From the IMG/VR virus record IMGVR_UViG_3300029288_004596, positions 152,900 to 216,899 of that record: 64,000 nucleotides of DNA. One strand, 5' to 3'. This document shows, in pieces, positions 42,099 through 51,626 of this stretch. Origin of the DNA: a virus. Lineage: Duplodnaviria > Caudoviricetes. A program made the translations under genes and the position numbers. The notes below the pieces were generated by a model, which searched no databases, was not told the origin of the DNA, and saw only the letters and a list, made by a program, of their open reading frames with translations. Positions within the stretch are counted from its first letter, which is position 1. Each line of letters starts with the position of its first letter.

Positions 42099-42350
42099 AT
42101 GAAGGTCATTTACTTCTGGGCCACGTTCTGCGGCCCCTGCAAGGTGGTGTCCCCAGTGGTGGATGCCATAAACGCTGGGGGTTCTTTTCATGTGGATAAG
42201 ATAAACATTGAAGAGGACCCTGAAGTAGCCAATGACTTTGGGATAAGATCTGTGCCTGCTCTTCTTATGGTAGATGACGACGGAAACGAAGTGAAAAGAC
42301 TCATAGGTCTTCAGTCTAAAGAGAAGATCTCTGAGTTTATTGGAGTTTAG
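42099..42350 (+). CDS. trxA: thioredoxin
   Basis: FWATFCGPCK, IRSVP. Confidence 0.9.
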   Translation: MKVIYFWATFCGPCKVVSPVVDAINAGGSFHVDKINIEEDPEVANDFGIRSVPALLMVDDDGNEVKRLIGLQSKEKISEFIGV

Positions 42351-43155
42351 AATGCCGATATTTCTGGTAGGGGAATCTATCCCTGAAGTCTGGGAGGGAT
42401 CTATTTTAGAACTCCTGGATAAGGGGCGCAGGATTCCAACTCAGTATGACAAGGAAGGGGATCCTCCAAGCTGGGATGACACAGCTATGTTAGTTGTGGA
42501 TAATCCCATGGGCGATGTGAGGATTCACAGATGGTTTCCTGGGGGATTGGTGGAGTTAGAATCTTACAGACAGGAAGTGGTGGATGGAATTCATGATCAC
42601 TGGATAGACCCCTCTGCTGGTTCCTGGCAGTATAGTTATCATGAGAGACTCTTTGACTACACCGTCCCAACAAAGGAATCCAATGATCAGATAGACTATA
42701 TAGTCAGGACTTTAAAAGACTGTCCCTATTCCAGGAGAGCTCAGGCTGTGCTATGGAAAGCATGGGATGACCAAGGGATCTCTGATCCTTGTTGTCTCCA
42801 GAGACTGCACTGCAGAATAGTAGATGGAAAGCTAGTCATGAATACCCATATGAGATCTAATGATGCTCTCAGGGCTGCCTTCATGAATATGTACGCCTTT
42901 ACTGATTTGCAGAGGGAGATAGCTGATAGGTTAGGAGTCCCTGTGGGCAGGTATATTCACATAGCTGACAGTTATCATATCTATGGGAGCTGTTCCAAGG
43001 ATGTGCATAACTTTAAGTCTTATCTTCTGAACAGGAAAGACTTTGAGGATAGGATATTTAGACTCTCGGATATTCAGTATATGCTGGGTGAGGCCAAGGA
43101 ACTGGTAGCCAAGAGTCTGCAAGTGGAATTAGAAACTGGGAGGAAGGGATTATGA
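42340..43155 (+). CDS. ThyA-family thymidylate synthase / dUMP-modifying enzyme
   Basis: YSYHERL, SRRAQ, DPCCL, MRSND, N, SYHIY. Confidence 0.85.
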   Translation: MEFRMPIFLVGESIPEVWEGSILELLDKGRRIPTQYDKEGDPPSWDDTAMLVVDNPMGDVRIHRWFPGGLVELESYRQEVVDGIHDHWIDPSAGSWQYSYHERLFDYTVPTKESNDQIDYIVRTLKDCPYSRRAQAVLWKAWDDQGISDPCCLQRLHCRIVDGKLVMNTHMRSNDALRAAFMNMYAFTDLQREIADRLGVPVGRYIHIADSYHIYGSCSKDVHNFKSYLLNRKDFEDRIFRLSDIQYMLGEAKELVAKSLQVELETGRKGL

Positions 43156-43610
43156 GAATTCAGATTCCCTATAAGAAACTGGACCCCAGAGGAAAGGCCC
43201 CTGAGTACGCCCATGAGGATGACTCCGGGGCGGATCTTTTTACCATAGAGGGAGTAAGGTTATTCCCAGGAGACGCCTGTATAGCCAGGACCGGCATAGC
43301 AGTTAAGATTCCCTTTGGCTATGAGTTGCAAGTGAGGCCAAGATCCGGCTTGGCCAGAGACTTCAGGGTCTCCATAGTGAATACTCCTGGAACCATAGAC
43401 TCAGGTTATACCGGAGAGATCCAGGTGCTCCTGGAAAACAGAGGGGGCAAAGCTTTAGTCCTAGAAGCTGGGGACAGGATGGCTCAGCTGGTATTAGCTC
43501 CGGTGTATGTGGCTAGTTATGTTGAGGTAGACGAGCTCCCAACTACTGAGAGGGGCGAAGGAGGATTCGGACACACAGGAGGATCTGGTGGAACTTTACA
43601 ACTCTTATAG
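43152..43610 (+). CDS. dut: trimeric dUTPase
   Basis: SGADL, RPRSG, GTIDSGYTGE, RMAQL, RGEGGFGHTG. Confidence 0.95.
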   Translation: MRIQIPYKKLDPRGKAPEYAHEDDSGADLFTIEGVRLFPGDACIARTGIAVKIPFGYELQVRPRSGLARDFRVSIVNTPGTIDSGYTGEIQVLLENRGGKALVLEAGDRMAQLVLAPVYVASYVEVDELPTTERGEGGFGHTGGSGGTLQLL

Positions 43611-44613
43611 GCCCATGAGGTTTTCAGAGGTCATAGGTCAGGACCATGTGGTGAATGTAATCCGCAAGTCCTTTGAGCTAGATATGATGCCCAACGCTTA
43701 TCTGCTTATGGGGAGCAGAGGAACTGGAAAGACTTCAGTGGCCAGGCTGATAACTAAACTTATAAACTGTCTGGATCCCCATGGTTCTGAGCCCTGCAAT
43801 AGATGCGTGAACTGCGAAGCTATAATAAATGGAGCTACTCCAGACTTTGTGGAGATGGATGCGGCATCCGCTGGAGGGGTGGGGGATGTGGGGGCTTCTC
43901 TGTCATCTATAGATTATAAGCCAGCTCTTCTCTCTTCCCGGGTCTATGTCATAGATGAGGCTCATCAGTTATCCATGAAGGCTAAGGATTCTCTGCTTAA
44001 GGTCCTGGAAGAACCTCCAAGGAAGGTAATGTTTATACTGGCTACTACTGATCCAGCTTCTTTATCAGCCACTATAAGAAGCAGGTGTCAGCCTTTGGAG
44101 TTCAGGAGACCTTCTGAGAAAGTCCTAGAGACATTCCTTAAGAATATATGTGATGAGCAGAAGTTTAGGTATGAGGATGAAGCTATAACCAAACTGGCTA
44201 GGCACGCCAATGGTTCTTTCAGGGATTCTCTGAGTCTGTTGAGTCCAGTGCTAAGCATAGGGGATGTAACCTTAGCTAATGTAGTCGTTGTGCATGGGAT
44301 GCCTTCGGATGAGCTAGTGGAAAAAACCCTGAAGATACTGCTGACTCAGAACTATGTAAAGTTCCCGGATCTCCTGGATGAGGTGAAGGAATCCTCAGTG
44401 GCTCTGCCTAAGTTCCTGGACGCTCTGGTGGATAATATATTCAGAAGAGTAGCCAAGATGCTTAGGGAAGATAATAAGGATGCGGATCTTTTGGCCTCTG
44501 TGGGATACCATATACTAGATGCCAGAAAACTATTTACTGGATACGCCTCTGAGAGCATGGCTTTTGACGCCATAATGTACAGCTCTATCAGAGAAATTAG
44601 GAAACTGTTATGA
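43588..44613 (+). CDS. dnaX: DNA polymerase III gamma/tau clamp-loader ATPase
   Basis: YRP..F.EVIGQ, GSRGTGKT, CxxCxxC, EMDAAS, IDEAH, LLKVLEEPP, TIRSRC. Confidence 0.93.
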   Translation: MELYNSYRPMRFSEVIGQDHVVNVIRKSFELDMMPNAYLLMGSRGTGKTSVARLITKLINCLDPHGSEPCNRCVNCEAIINGATPDFVEMDAASAGGVGDVGASLSSIDYKPALLSSRVYVIDEAHQLSMKAKDSLLKVLEEPPRKVMFILATTDPASLSATIRSRCQPLEFRRPSEKVLETFLKNICDEQKFRYEDEAITKLARHANGSFRDSLSLLSPVLSIGDVTLANVVVVHGMPSDELVEKTLKILLTQNYVKFPDLLDEVKESSVALPKFLDALVDNIFRRVAKMLREDNKDADLLASVGYHILDARKLFTGYASESMAFDAIMYSSIREIRKLL

Positions 44614-45680
44614 TTGAAACTTCCAGAGAGTCTTTAATGGTCGCCATAAACAACGCTATGGCTGTGGTAAACACTCAGGCCACTCAGAGAACTTTATCTT
44701 CCATAGTCATGGAGTCTGAAGGGAATGCTCTTATAGTGAAAGCTTTTGGAGGATACTCGAGTTCCAAGACTTCTGTGCCTGCTGAAGGAGAACTTCCTAT
44801 AGTGGCTATTGATGGTCCTACCTTGAAGAGCATGTTCTCTCCTCTATCAGGGGAGAAGATAAAGCTGGATGTGGACAACGATTCCTTGTTGGCGACTTGC
44901 GGTAGAACCAAGCTGGAAGTCCCTATCTATGGAGAAACCCCTGTCATCCCTGAGAATACAGAGCCAGAACTCTTTGTGGTCTCCAATGCTGTAGTGGGAA
45001 GGATAGCCCATGCCCTGGGCTTTGTCAGACCGGCTATAAAAGCTATGGCTGACCTAGTGGCTATGACTGGTTTCATGCTCCACTGCGAGGATGGAGTATT
45101 AGATGTGGTGGGAGCCTCTTATAGGATAGTGGGTTATGAGAGGATCCTCTGCGATCCCCAGGCAGTGCAGGATATAGACGCCATACTCCCTCTGGATTCT
45201 TTAAAGATACTGTCTATGGTAAATACAGCTAGAGCTTCCATAGCCATCACCGAGTCATCAATTATAATAAAAGAACCAGGAGTAGAGTTCAGGCTTCAGA
45301 GGCTGGAAGGTCAGCCAGTAAATTACACTCCTTATCTGCTGGATGATGGCATAGGAATTATAAAGGTTTCCTCCAAGGCTATAATAGAATCCTTGGCCAG
45401 CATATCCAGCGTGGCTAAGATGTCTCAGACAGTGAATATAGCCACAGGGGCTGACTTTGTGGAGATATCCTCTTCCAGCCAAGGGTCTAAGGCTATGGCG
45501 GAAGCTACTGTGGAGGTGGAGAACTTTGAGTCTATCTCAGTCCCATATACTCCATTGTATGAGTTTGTTTCCAAGATGTCAGGGGAGACCTTGACCATAC
45601 TGATAACCGCAAACAGAAGGGCCATAAAGGTCATTGACGGATACAAGGCCTGTGTTCTGTTTGCCAAGATAGGAGAATGA
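44610..45680 (+). CDS. dnaN: DNA polymerase III beta sliding clamp-like
   Basis: 356 aa following dnaX; three-domain pattern; RLEGQPVNY resembles clamp RLI-G-FP-Y. Confidence 0.75.
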   Translation: MIETSRESLMVAINNAMAVVNTQATQRTLSSIVMESEGNALIVKAFGGYSSSKTSVPAEGELPIVAIDGPTLKSMFSPLSGEKIKLDVDNDSLLATCGRTKLEVPIYGETPVIPENTEPELFVVSNAVVGRIAHALGFVRPAIKAMADLVAMTGFMLHCEDGVLDVVGASYRIVGYERILCDPQAVQDIDAILPLDSLKILSMVNTARASIAITESSIIIKEPGVEFRLQRLEGQPVNYTPYLLDDGIGIIKVSSKAIIESLASISSVAKMSQTVNIATGADFVEISSSSQGSKAMAEATVEVENFESISVPYTPLYEFVSKMSGETLTILITANRRAIKVIDGYKACVLFAKIGE

Positions 45681-46207
45681 CAATGAATGATACGCAGAAA
45701 CTTGAAGGGGCTAGGGAACTAGCCAAGCATATCAAGAACAATCTTAACTCCTTTATAGGCAAGGAGTGGTCCATCTCTGTCCTTCAGCTGAATAATGATT
45801 TTTGGTCTGTCACTATTGACGCGGGAGGGGAATCCAGAGAATTCGTGGGTATCACTTATCCTGAGGCTATCATGGGAGCTGTGGCTTTGTGGGAAGGATT
45901 CAATGAAATGCCAGCTAGGATTGTGCCAAAAAGAGAACTGCCTCAACCTGTGAGCATGGATAAAGAAGAGGAAAAGCCAGCTCCTAAGACATGGGAGAAA
46001 ATTAAGGAGGCTGTCAAAAAAGGGGATGAAGACACTCATGTGGAAAAGCCCAAAGCTGGACTGCCTCCTATACAGGATAAGCACTTGTGCGCTTTCTGTG
46101 GAACCTTGGTTCCTCCGGCAGACGCTGAGAAGACCATAGCTAAGTATGGAGTAGCTCTGCATGACAAGCACATCAAGAGTTATCAGGCTTCTATAGGAGA
46201 GGCCTAA
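45677..46207 (+). CDS. hypothetical protein with C-terminal CxxC motif
   Basis: ORF in gene run. Confidence 0.6.
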   Translation: MTMNDTQKLEGARELAKHIKNNLNSFIGKEWSISVLQLNNDFWSVTIDAGGESREFVGITYPEAIMGAVALWEGFNEMPARIVPKRELPQPVSMDKEEEKPAPKTWEKIKEAVKKGDEDTHVEKPKAGLPPIQDKHLCAFCGTLVPPADAEKTIAKYGVALHDKHIKSYQASIGEA

Positions 46208-46389
46208 TGGTATACCTCTATAAATGCAAGAACAAACAGTGCCACAGGGATACTTTTGAGGTGACTCAAAGTATAAGGGATGAGCACACCGCTAACTGTC
46301 CGGACTGTGGCAAGGAAGGGAGGAGAGTGTATTCCACCCCTAACATTTCTTTTAAGGGCAAGGGGTTTCACTCTACAGACTATAGATGA
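46207..46389 (+). CDS. FmdB-family Zn-ribbon protein
   Basis: YLYKC...C...FE...CPDCG...FKGKGFHSTDY. Confidence 0.85.
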   Translation: MVYLYKCKNKQCHRDTFEVTQSIRDEHTANCPDCGKEGRRVYSTPNISFKGKGFHSTDYR

Positions 46390-47030
46390 TAAGGTTCTGC
46401 GTTGTCACAGAGACTGGAGATCCCTCTGAGTTAAGGAAGAGCATAGAGTGCTCTCTTTCCCCAGAGGAGTATGAATTTGTGACGGTAAATGGAAAAGAAT
46501 ATGACTTGTTCACAGGGTACAACAAGGCTGCTGAAGGAGCGCAGGACGCTCTTGTCTTTGTCCATGATGACCTGGTCATTAACTCTAACAGACAGGGGAT
46601 ACTGGGATTCGCCTCTTTAACCAGAGCCCCTAAGGTTGGAGTGGTGGGCGTAGCTGGAGCTGTAAAGTTTCCTCCCAATGGAGTCTGGTGGAATGACAGG
46701 CAATCTTTGTCGGGAGCGGCTGGACACACCAAGGATGGGAATACCTGGGTTGTATCCTATGGTCCTTATGGCAGGGTATCTGTAGTGGATGGACTTATAA
46801 TGGCTATCCACTCTAAGGTTTTTAACAAGATAGGGGGGTTTCCCAAGTGCTTATCTGGCTATGACTTTTATGATCTTTCCCTCTGTTCGGAGGCTTTAAT
46901 GGCTGGATACAATAACTACACCTACCCTTTGTTTGTGACCCATAAATCTATGGGGGATGTTTCAGACAGGCCTTCATGGCATGTCAACAGGGAGAAGTTT
47001 CTAAGTATATATTCGACTCTGGCGAGGTAG
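46386..47030 (+). CDS. GT2-like glycosyltransferase
   Basis: YN, VFVHDD, GVVGVAG, VDG, YDFYD-S-C. Confidence 0.8.
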   Translation: MIRFCVVTETGDPSELRKSIECSLSPEEYEFVTVNGKEYDLFTGYNKAAEGAQDALVFVHDDLVINSNRQGILGFASLTRAPKVGVVGVAGAVKFPPNGVWWNDRQSLSGAAGHTKDGNTWVVSYGPYGRVSVVDGLIMAIHSKVFNKIGGFPKCLSGYDFYDLSLCSEALMAGYNNYTYPLFVTHKSMGDVSDRPSWHVNREKFLSIYSTLAR

Positions 47031-47032
47031 CT

Positions 47033-47305
47033 ATGCACGATATATGGGAAGTGGAAGATGCTGTGGTGTTTTATACTGATGACAGGAGACTCTTAAGCCT
47101 TGTCAAGAACAACATAAACACCAAGGGAATAGAGATAGCCGAGTACGCTAAGGATGATAGAATTGTAGGTTGGCAGATGACTTTGCCTTCCAGCGCGGTT
47201 AAGGAATTGAGGAGGACTGTTGACAGTTATGAAAGAGTGGGAAAGGCAGGAAAAAAGATTAGCCAGGGACCACAAAGGCAGACTCACTCCGGGGTCAGGC
47301 AATAA
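47033..47305 (+). CDS. hypothetical protein
   Basis: GAGGT SD then ATG (MHDIWE). Confidence 0.6.
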   Translation: MHDIWEVEDAVVFYTDDRRLLSLVKNNINTKGIEIAEYAKDDRIVGWQMTLPSSAVKELRRTVDSYERVGKAGKKISQGPQRQTHSGVRQ

Positions 47306-47759
47306 AGGCATAAAGGGAGATGTGTCTGGGCTGGTCTTTTCTGTGGAAGCTAAGTTTTCTTCAGCCTCCAAGAATGACAGGTTCTATATAGACCTGCAGA
47401 AGGAGTGGCTGGATAAACTGCACAAGCAGTCCTACAAGAAACCTCTCCTCAATATCTGTATAGGCAATAGCCAGAGTTGGTCCATTATAACTGTGGAGGA
47501 TTCCATAGACCTCTTTGGGGAAGTTCCCTGCAGTTCTCATGAAGTGGACCTCACCGACAAATCCCAGTACAGGGTGTACGCGGACATAGAGTTTGAGTAT
47601 ACTATAATAAAGACTGATAGATCTGACTGGATAGTCCTGTCGGATTTTATGGTCAATCACTTGGTCAGCAAGAAATATCAGGAAAGCGATGCGGTGTTAG
47701 AACGCAAGGAGTATAGGCGTGAGAAGTATGTCCAGTGGCGCCGTAGACGTAATAGTTGA
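47229..47759 (+). CDS. PD-(D/E)XK Holliday-junction-resolvase-like nuclease
   Basis: QEKRLA...TPGSG...KGDV...VEAK. Confidence 0.7.
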   Translation: MKEWERQEKRLARDHKGRLTPGSGNKGIKGDVSGLVFSVEAKFSSASKNDRFYIDLQKEWLDKLHKQSYKKPLLNICIGNSQSWSIITVEDSIDLFGEVPCSSHEVDLTDKSQYRVYADIEFEYTIIKTDRSDWIVLSDFMVNHLVSKKYQESDAVLERKEYRREKYVQWRRRRNS

Positions 47760-48720
47760 ATATGAAAGACTCTTGGGACCAGCTAAGAAGTGTGGGTCCC
47801 AGTATTATTTTCCATGCTTCAGGTGCGACACAGGCTACTCCAGACACCTGGCTGTCTCTCCTTCCAATGGGTTGTACTACTGCTTTAAGTGCGGTTCCAA
47901 CCCTGATGGTTTAGGCAAGGGTTCTATAACCAAACTGGCCAGGCATCTGGGGAGCAGCGTGAATGTCAGTCTCTCCTACTCTGAAGAGGACCCTGTAAGC
48001 TACTATATCCAAGATGTTGTCATAGAGTTTATCCTAAGCAACGCAGTCCTCTCAGACTACCACAAAGGTTATCTTGCGGCTAGAGGAATAGACTACAAAA
48101 GATTTAATCTGCTGTCTACAGATGGACTTTTTGAGAAGCTGGCTAATAGGTTTGCCGAGACCCAGTTGGTAAGCGCCGGACTAGCTAAACCAGGGATGAG
48201 ACCTTCCAAGTGCATGGAAGACTGCAGGATTATAATTCCTTATCCTGATCAGATGTATCTCAGGACCAGGAGCACCAGGTGGAATGAGAAGATAGTTTAC
48301 GCTGGACCCAATGGGGTATCCGCCAAGGATCACTACTGGGGAAGGGTCCATCCCAAGTATGTTATGATTACCGAAGGGGAATTTAAGGCTATGGCCGCAG
48401 TGTCGGCTGGAGTTAACACTATAGCCCTGCCTGGTATGAACACCTCTCACCTTAAGGTCTCCACCACCCTTAAGGAATCTAATACCAGGATAGTCTATCT
48501 GTGTTTTGACACTCAAGAAGATATGACGGGTGTGGATCATGCTGTAGATTCCCTTGTTAAGGCGATCAGGAGGCAGTTCCTCCCTGTTATTTACAGGGTG
48601 AGACTGCCCCTGATTCCGTCCATAGATCATGGGCAGAAAATGGATATAGATTCTTTTATAGGGAAGTTTGGAGGGGAGGCATTCAAGAAGTACATTATCT
48701 CCTCCAAGGTGGAGGTATGA
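47728..48720 (+). CDS. DNA primase (Zn finger + TOPRIM)
   Basis: CFRC...H...YYCFKCG; YLAARGI; ITEGEFKA; LCFD; MDID. Confidence 0.82.
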   Translation: MSSGAVDVIVEYERLLGPAKKCGSQYYFPCFRCDTGYSRHLAVSPSNGLYYCFKCGSNPDGLGKGSITKLARHLGSSVNVSLSYSEEDPVSYYIQDVVIEFILSNAVLSDYHKGYLAARGIDYKRFNLLSTDGLFEKLANRFAETQLVSAGLAKPGMRPSKCMEDCRIIIPYPDQMYLRTRSTRWNEKIVYAGPNGVSAKDHYWGRVHPKYVMITEGEFKAMAAVSAGVNTIALPGMNTSHLKVSTTLKESNTRIVYLCFDTQEDMTGVDHAVDSLVKAIRRQFLPVIYRVRLPLIPSIDHGQKMDIDSFIGKFGGEAFKKYIISSKVEV

Positions 48721-48947
48721 CTGAGAAACCTGTAAAGATAGAACACAGGATTATAAACTCTGATCTGGTAGCTGAGTACATAAAGGCCATAGACAAACTG
48801 GAAGATGACTTGGCGTCCCTGTCATATGCTATGATGAACGCTGACGAGGAGAGCATGGTATACCTACAGGATAACTACTCCTACACCCAGGGGATAATAG
48901 TATGGTACAGGGAACAGCTCATGAGTTTAGTGGACTTGGAGGATTGA
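48717..48947 (+). CDS. hypothetical protein
   Basis: coupled ORF. Confidence 0.6.
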   Translation: MTEKPVKIEHRIINSDLVAEYIKAIDKLEDDLASLSYAMMNADEESMVYLQDNYSYTQGIIVWYREQLMSLVDLED

Positions 48948-49276
48948 TGGATATATTTTCAGAACTCAAAGAGGTTAATGGACCTCTTTATGATCAGTTA
49001 ATTAAGATAGCTAGAGTGGCTATCCATAAAGGCAATGACTACTCCAATGGGGATCCATTCTCAGCCTTTAAGGGTTCAGCGATTCTACCAGGGATAGAAG
49101 TGGAGCAGGTGTTCCTGTGCCTTATTAATCTAAAGATGACCAGAGCCCTCAATCTAGCCTCCAAGCCAGCTAAGTATGAACAGTTGGAGGATACCCTTAT
49201 GGACCTTGCAGTCTACATACTCTTATACAGGGCTTATGTAGATGAAAGGGAGGGAGCTATAGTTGAGTCTAGATAA
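48947..49276 (+). CDS. all-alpha nucleotide-modification-associated protein (DUF1599-like)
   Basis: KGNDYS..DPF..F; K..R; EDTLMDLAVY. Confidence 0.7.
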   Translation: MDIFSELKEVNGPLYDQLIKIARVAIHKGNDYSNGDPFSAFKGSAILPGIEVEQVFLCLINLKMTRALNLASKPAKYEQLEDTLMDLAVYILLYRAYVDEREGAIVESR

Positions 49277-50894
49277 AGAGCAACTGGAAGCTGTGATGGA
49301 TATTGAAGGCCCTTCTGTCATATACGCTGGTCCAGGTTCAGGCAAGTCCAGATGTCTGGCTTACAGGGTCTGCAACCTGATAGACCAGGGAGTGGCAGAC
49401 GAGTCCATTATGGCTGTGACCTTTACCAACAAGGCTGTGGATGTGATAGACTCCAGGCTAAAGACTATACTGGGAAGAAATCATGGGTGCGTAGTTGGCA
49501 CCTTCCATTCTATAGCGGCCAGGATACTAAGAAGATATGGAGATTTAATAGGTCTTCCTCAGAACTTTACTATATATGACTCTGGGGAATCTTTTAAGCT
49601 ATTGACTGAAATCAATGGGGCTTTAGCTGGGAAGGCTTTGGAGTCCTTGCAGAAGTCCTCCAATACTATGACTCCCTTTGACCCTGAGGTCATGGAAGTG
49701 TGCGATGAGTTCAGAAGGAGGATGAAACTACATAAGGCTGTAGACTTTAATGGGTTAGTTTCCGAGGCTAACAAACTGCTTTCTAGACATGACATAACAG
49801 CCCTTCTGGGTATAGACTATATCATGGTGGACGAAGCCCACGATATGAACCCGGCTCAGATGGAGTTCCTAAGGCTTATGAGGACTGAGAATGTGTGTCT
49901 TATAGGGGATATCAACCAGAGCATCTATGCTTTTAGGGACGCTACCCCTGGGATTATGGGATCCTTTCTAGGTTCTAATCCAGGAAGAACCCATTATCTA
50001 AAGAATAACTACAGATCAGGAGAAGGGATAGTAAATATCTCCGATAAGCTCATAGCTAACAATGCCAGCAACATTCAAGTCAGTCATATCCCAGCAGATA
50101 ACTCGGAAAGCAAAATAAAAAAGATTTCCTTTGGCACCTCTGAGGAAGAGGCTGAGTATATAGGCGCCTCTATAAAGAGGCTGGGGAAAAGTACAGCTGT
50201 ACTTTTCCGAGTTCATGGGATAGAATTTGAGATCATAGAGAAGCTGGCTTCTTTGGGAATAGAATATAAAACAGCCTCTGGGACTTCTCTTATAAAGACA
50301 ACAGACTTCCTGGATACATCAGCTTATATGAGGTTATTATATAATCCCTATGACTACATGGCTTTTATCAGGGCTGTAAGTTCAGGGGCTAATGGGATAG
50401 GCAAGATCACCATACCGGAGGTGGCGAATGTCATGGCTCAGGGTTACTCTGTCTTTGAGGTGAAGCACCCAAGGATGGTCAAGTTCCAGGAATCTCTAGC
50501 CAAGATAGCTAATCTCCCATGGGTAGATCAGATACATGATGTGCTGAAACTGTTGAGGTCCAAAAACAATTTAGTATATCTTCAGACCCATTTGTTGGGG
50601 TATACCAGTCTCCATGAGTTTGTGGAATCCAACTCAGCTCCGGATTCTGATTGTGTCAGTTTAATGACCATTCATCAGTCTAAGGGAATGGAATTTGACA
50701 ATGTCTTTGTTATAGGTCTTGAGGATGGGATGCTCCCCCATTACAGGGCTATGGATATGGAGGAGGAGAGGAGACTGCTCTATGTGGCTATGACCAGAGC
50801 GGCTAAGAGTCTGCATCTCTCCTATGTGACTTCCAGAAGAGTCTATGGCAGGGAGATTATGAATAAGAGGTCGAGGTTTCTAGATGAGATATAA
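49263..50894 (+). CDS. UvrD/PcrA-family SF1 helicase
   Basis: AGPGSGKS, TFTNKA, VDEAHD, GD-NQSIY-FR, NYRS, TIHQSKGMEF, EERRLLYVAMTRA. Confidence 0.95.
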   Translation: MSLDKEQLEAVMDIEGPSVIYAGPGSGKSRCLAYRVCNLIDQGVADESIMAVTFTNKAVDVIDSRLKTILGRNHGCVVGTFHSIAARILRRYGDLIGLPQNFTIYDSGESFKLLTEINGALAGKALESLQKSSNTMTPFDPEVMEVCDEFRRRMKLHKAVDFNGLVSEANKLLSRHDITALLGIDYIMVDEAHDMNPAQMEFLRLMRTENVCLIGDINQSIYAFRDATPGIMGSFLGSNPGRTHYLKNNYRSGEGIVNISDKLIANNASNIQVSHIPADNSESKIKKISFGTSEEEAEYIGASIKRLGKSTAVLFRVHGIEFEIIEKLASLGIEYKTASGTSLIKTTDFLDTSAYMRLLYNPYDYMAFIRAVSSGANGIGKITIPEVANVMAQGYSVFEVKHPRMVKFQESLAKIANLPWVDQIHDVLKLLRSKNNLVYLQTHLLGYTSLHEFVESNSAPDSDCVSLMTIHQSKGMEFDNVFVIGLEDGMLPHYRAMDMEEERRLLYVAMTRAAKSLHLSYVTSRRVYGREIMNKRSRFLDEI

Positions 50895-51084
50895 ACTGAG
50901 AGCATACTATAAGTTCTATGATGACTTTGAGGTGGAGGCTAAGGATCCAGCGGAGGCCAGAGTCAAGGTCTTTGACCAGAAGAAAACCATGTCTATCAAG
51001 GAGATCATGAAGAGGCAGCCTTATATGGTGCTGGATCATATAATGCACCCCAGCATGTGGGAAGTGGAGGAGATCAAAGATTGA
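50884..51084 (+). CDS. hypothetical protein
   Basis: ORF in gene run. Confidence 0.6.
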   Translation: MRYKLRAYYKFYDDFEVEAKDPAEARVKVFDQKKTMSIKEIMKRQPYMVLDHIMHPSMWEVEEIKD

Positions 51085-51626
51085 TGCCATTGCCTGACAG
51101 AAAATATAAGATTATCTATGCTGATCCTCCTTGGAAGTACAATGGCAGAAGGAATCCCAGGACCAGATTTGGACTGGGAGTGCATGGACATTATGCCACT
51201 CCCACCTTGGCGGAACTCAAGGACCTAGAGGTTGAGGATATAGCTGATGATAACTGCATGTTGTTTATGTGGACTACGTTCCCAAGACTCAAGGAGGCCC
51301 TGGAACTCATGGAGGACTGGGGTTTTACGTATAAGACTCTGGGATTTTCATGGTTGAAGACTACCAAGGCTGGCTCCCCTTTTTTCGGCGTGGGTTTCTA
51401 TGCTAAGAGCAATGTAGAAGTCTGCCTGCTAGGGGTCAAGGGAAGACCTATAAAGATAAGCGATAGCGTATCCAGCGCTGTTATCTCTAAGCGAGGAAGG
51501 CATTCAGCCAAGCCCCCGGAGGTTAGAGACAGGATAGTGCAGTTGTGTGGGGATGTCCCTAGAATAGAACTCTTTGCCAGAGAAAGGGCGGAAGGATGGG
51601 ACTCCTGGGGAGATGAATTGGAATGA
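51084..51626 (+). CDS. MT-A70 family adenine methyltransferase
   Basis: IYADPPW, LFMW, WGF-Y, E-CLLG-KG, HSAKP, RIELFAR. Confidence 0.92.
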   Translation: MPLPDRKYKIIYADPPWKYNGRRNPRTRFGLGVHGHYATPTLAELKDLEVEDIADDNCMLFMWTTFPRLKEALELMEDWGFTYKTLGFSWLKTTKAGSPFFGVGFYAKSNVEVCLLGVKGRPIKISDSVSSAVISKRGRHSAKPPEVRDRIVQLCGDVPRIELFARERAEGWDSWGDELE

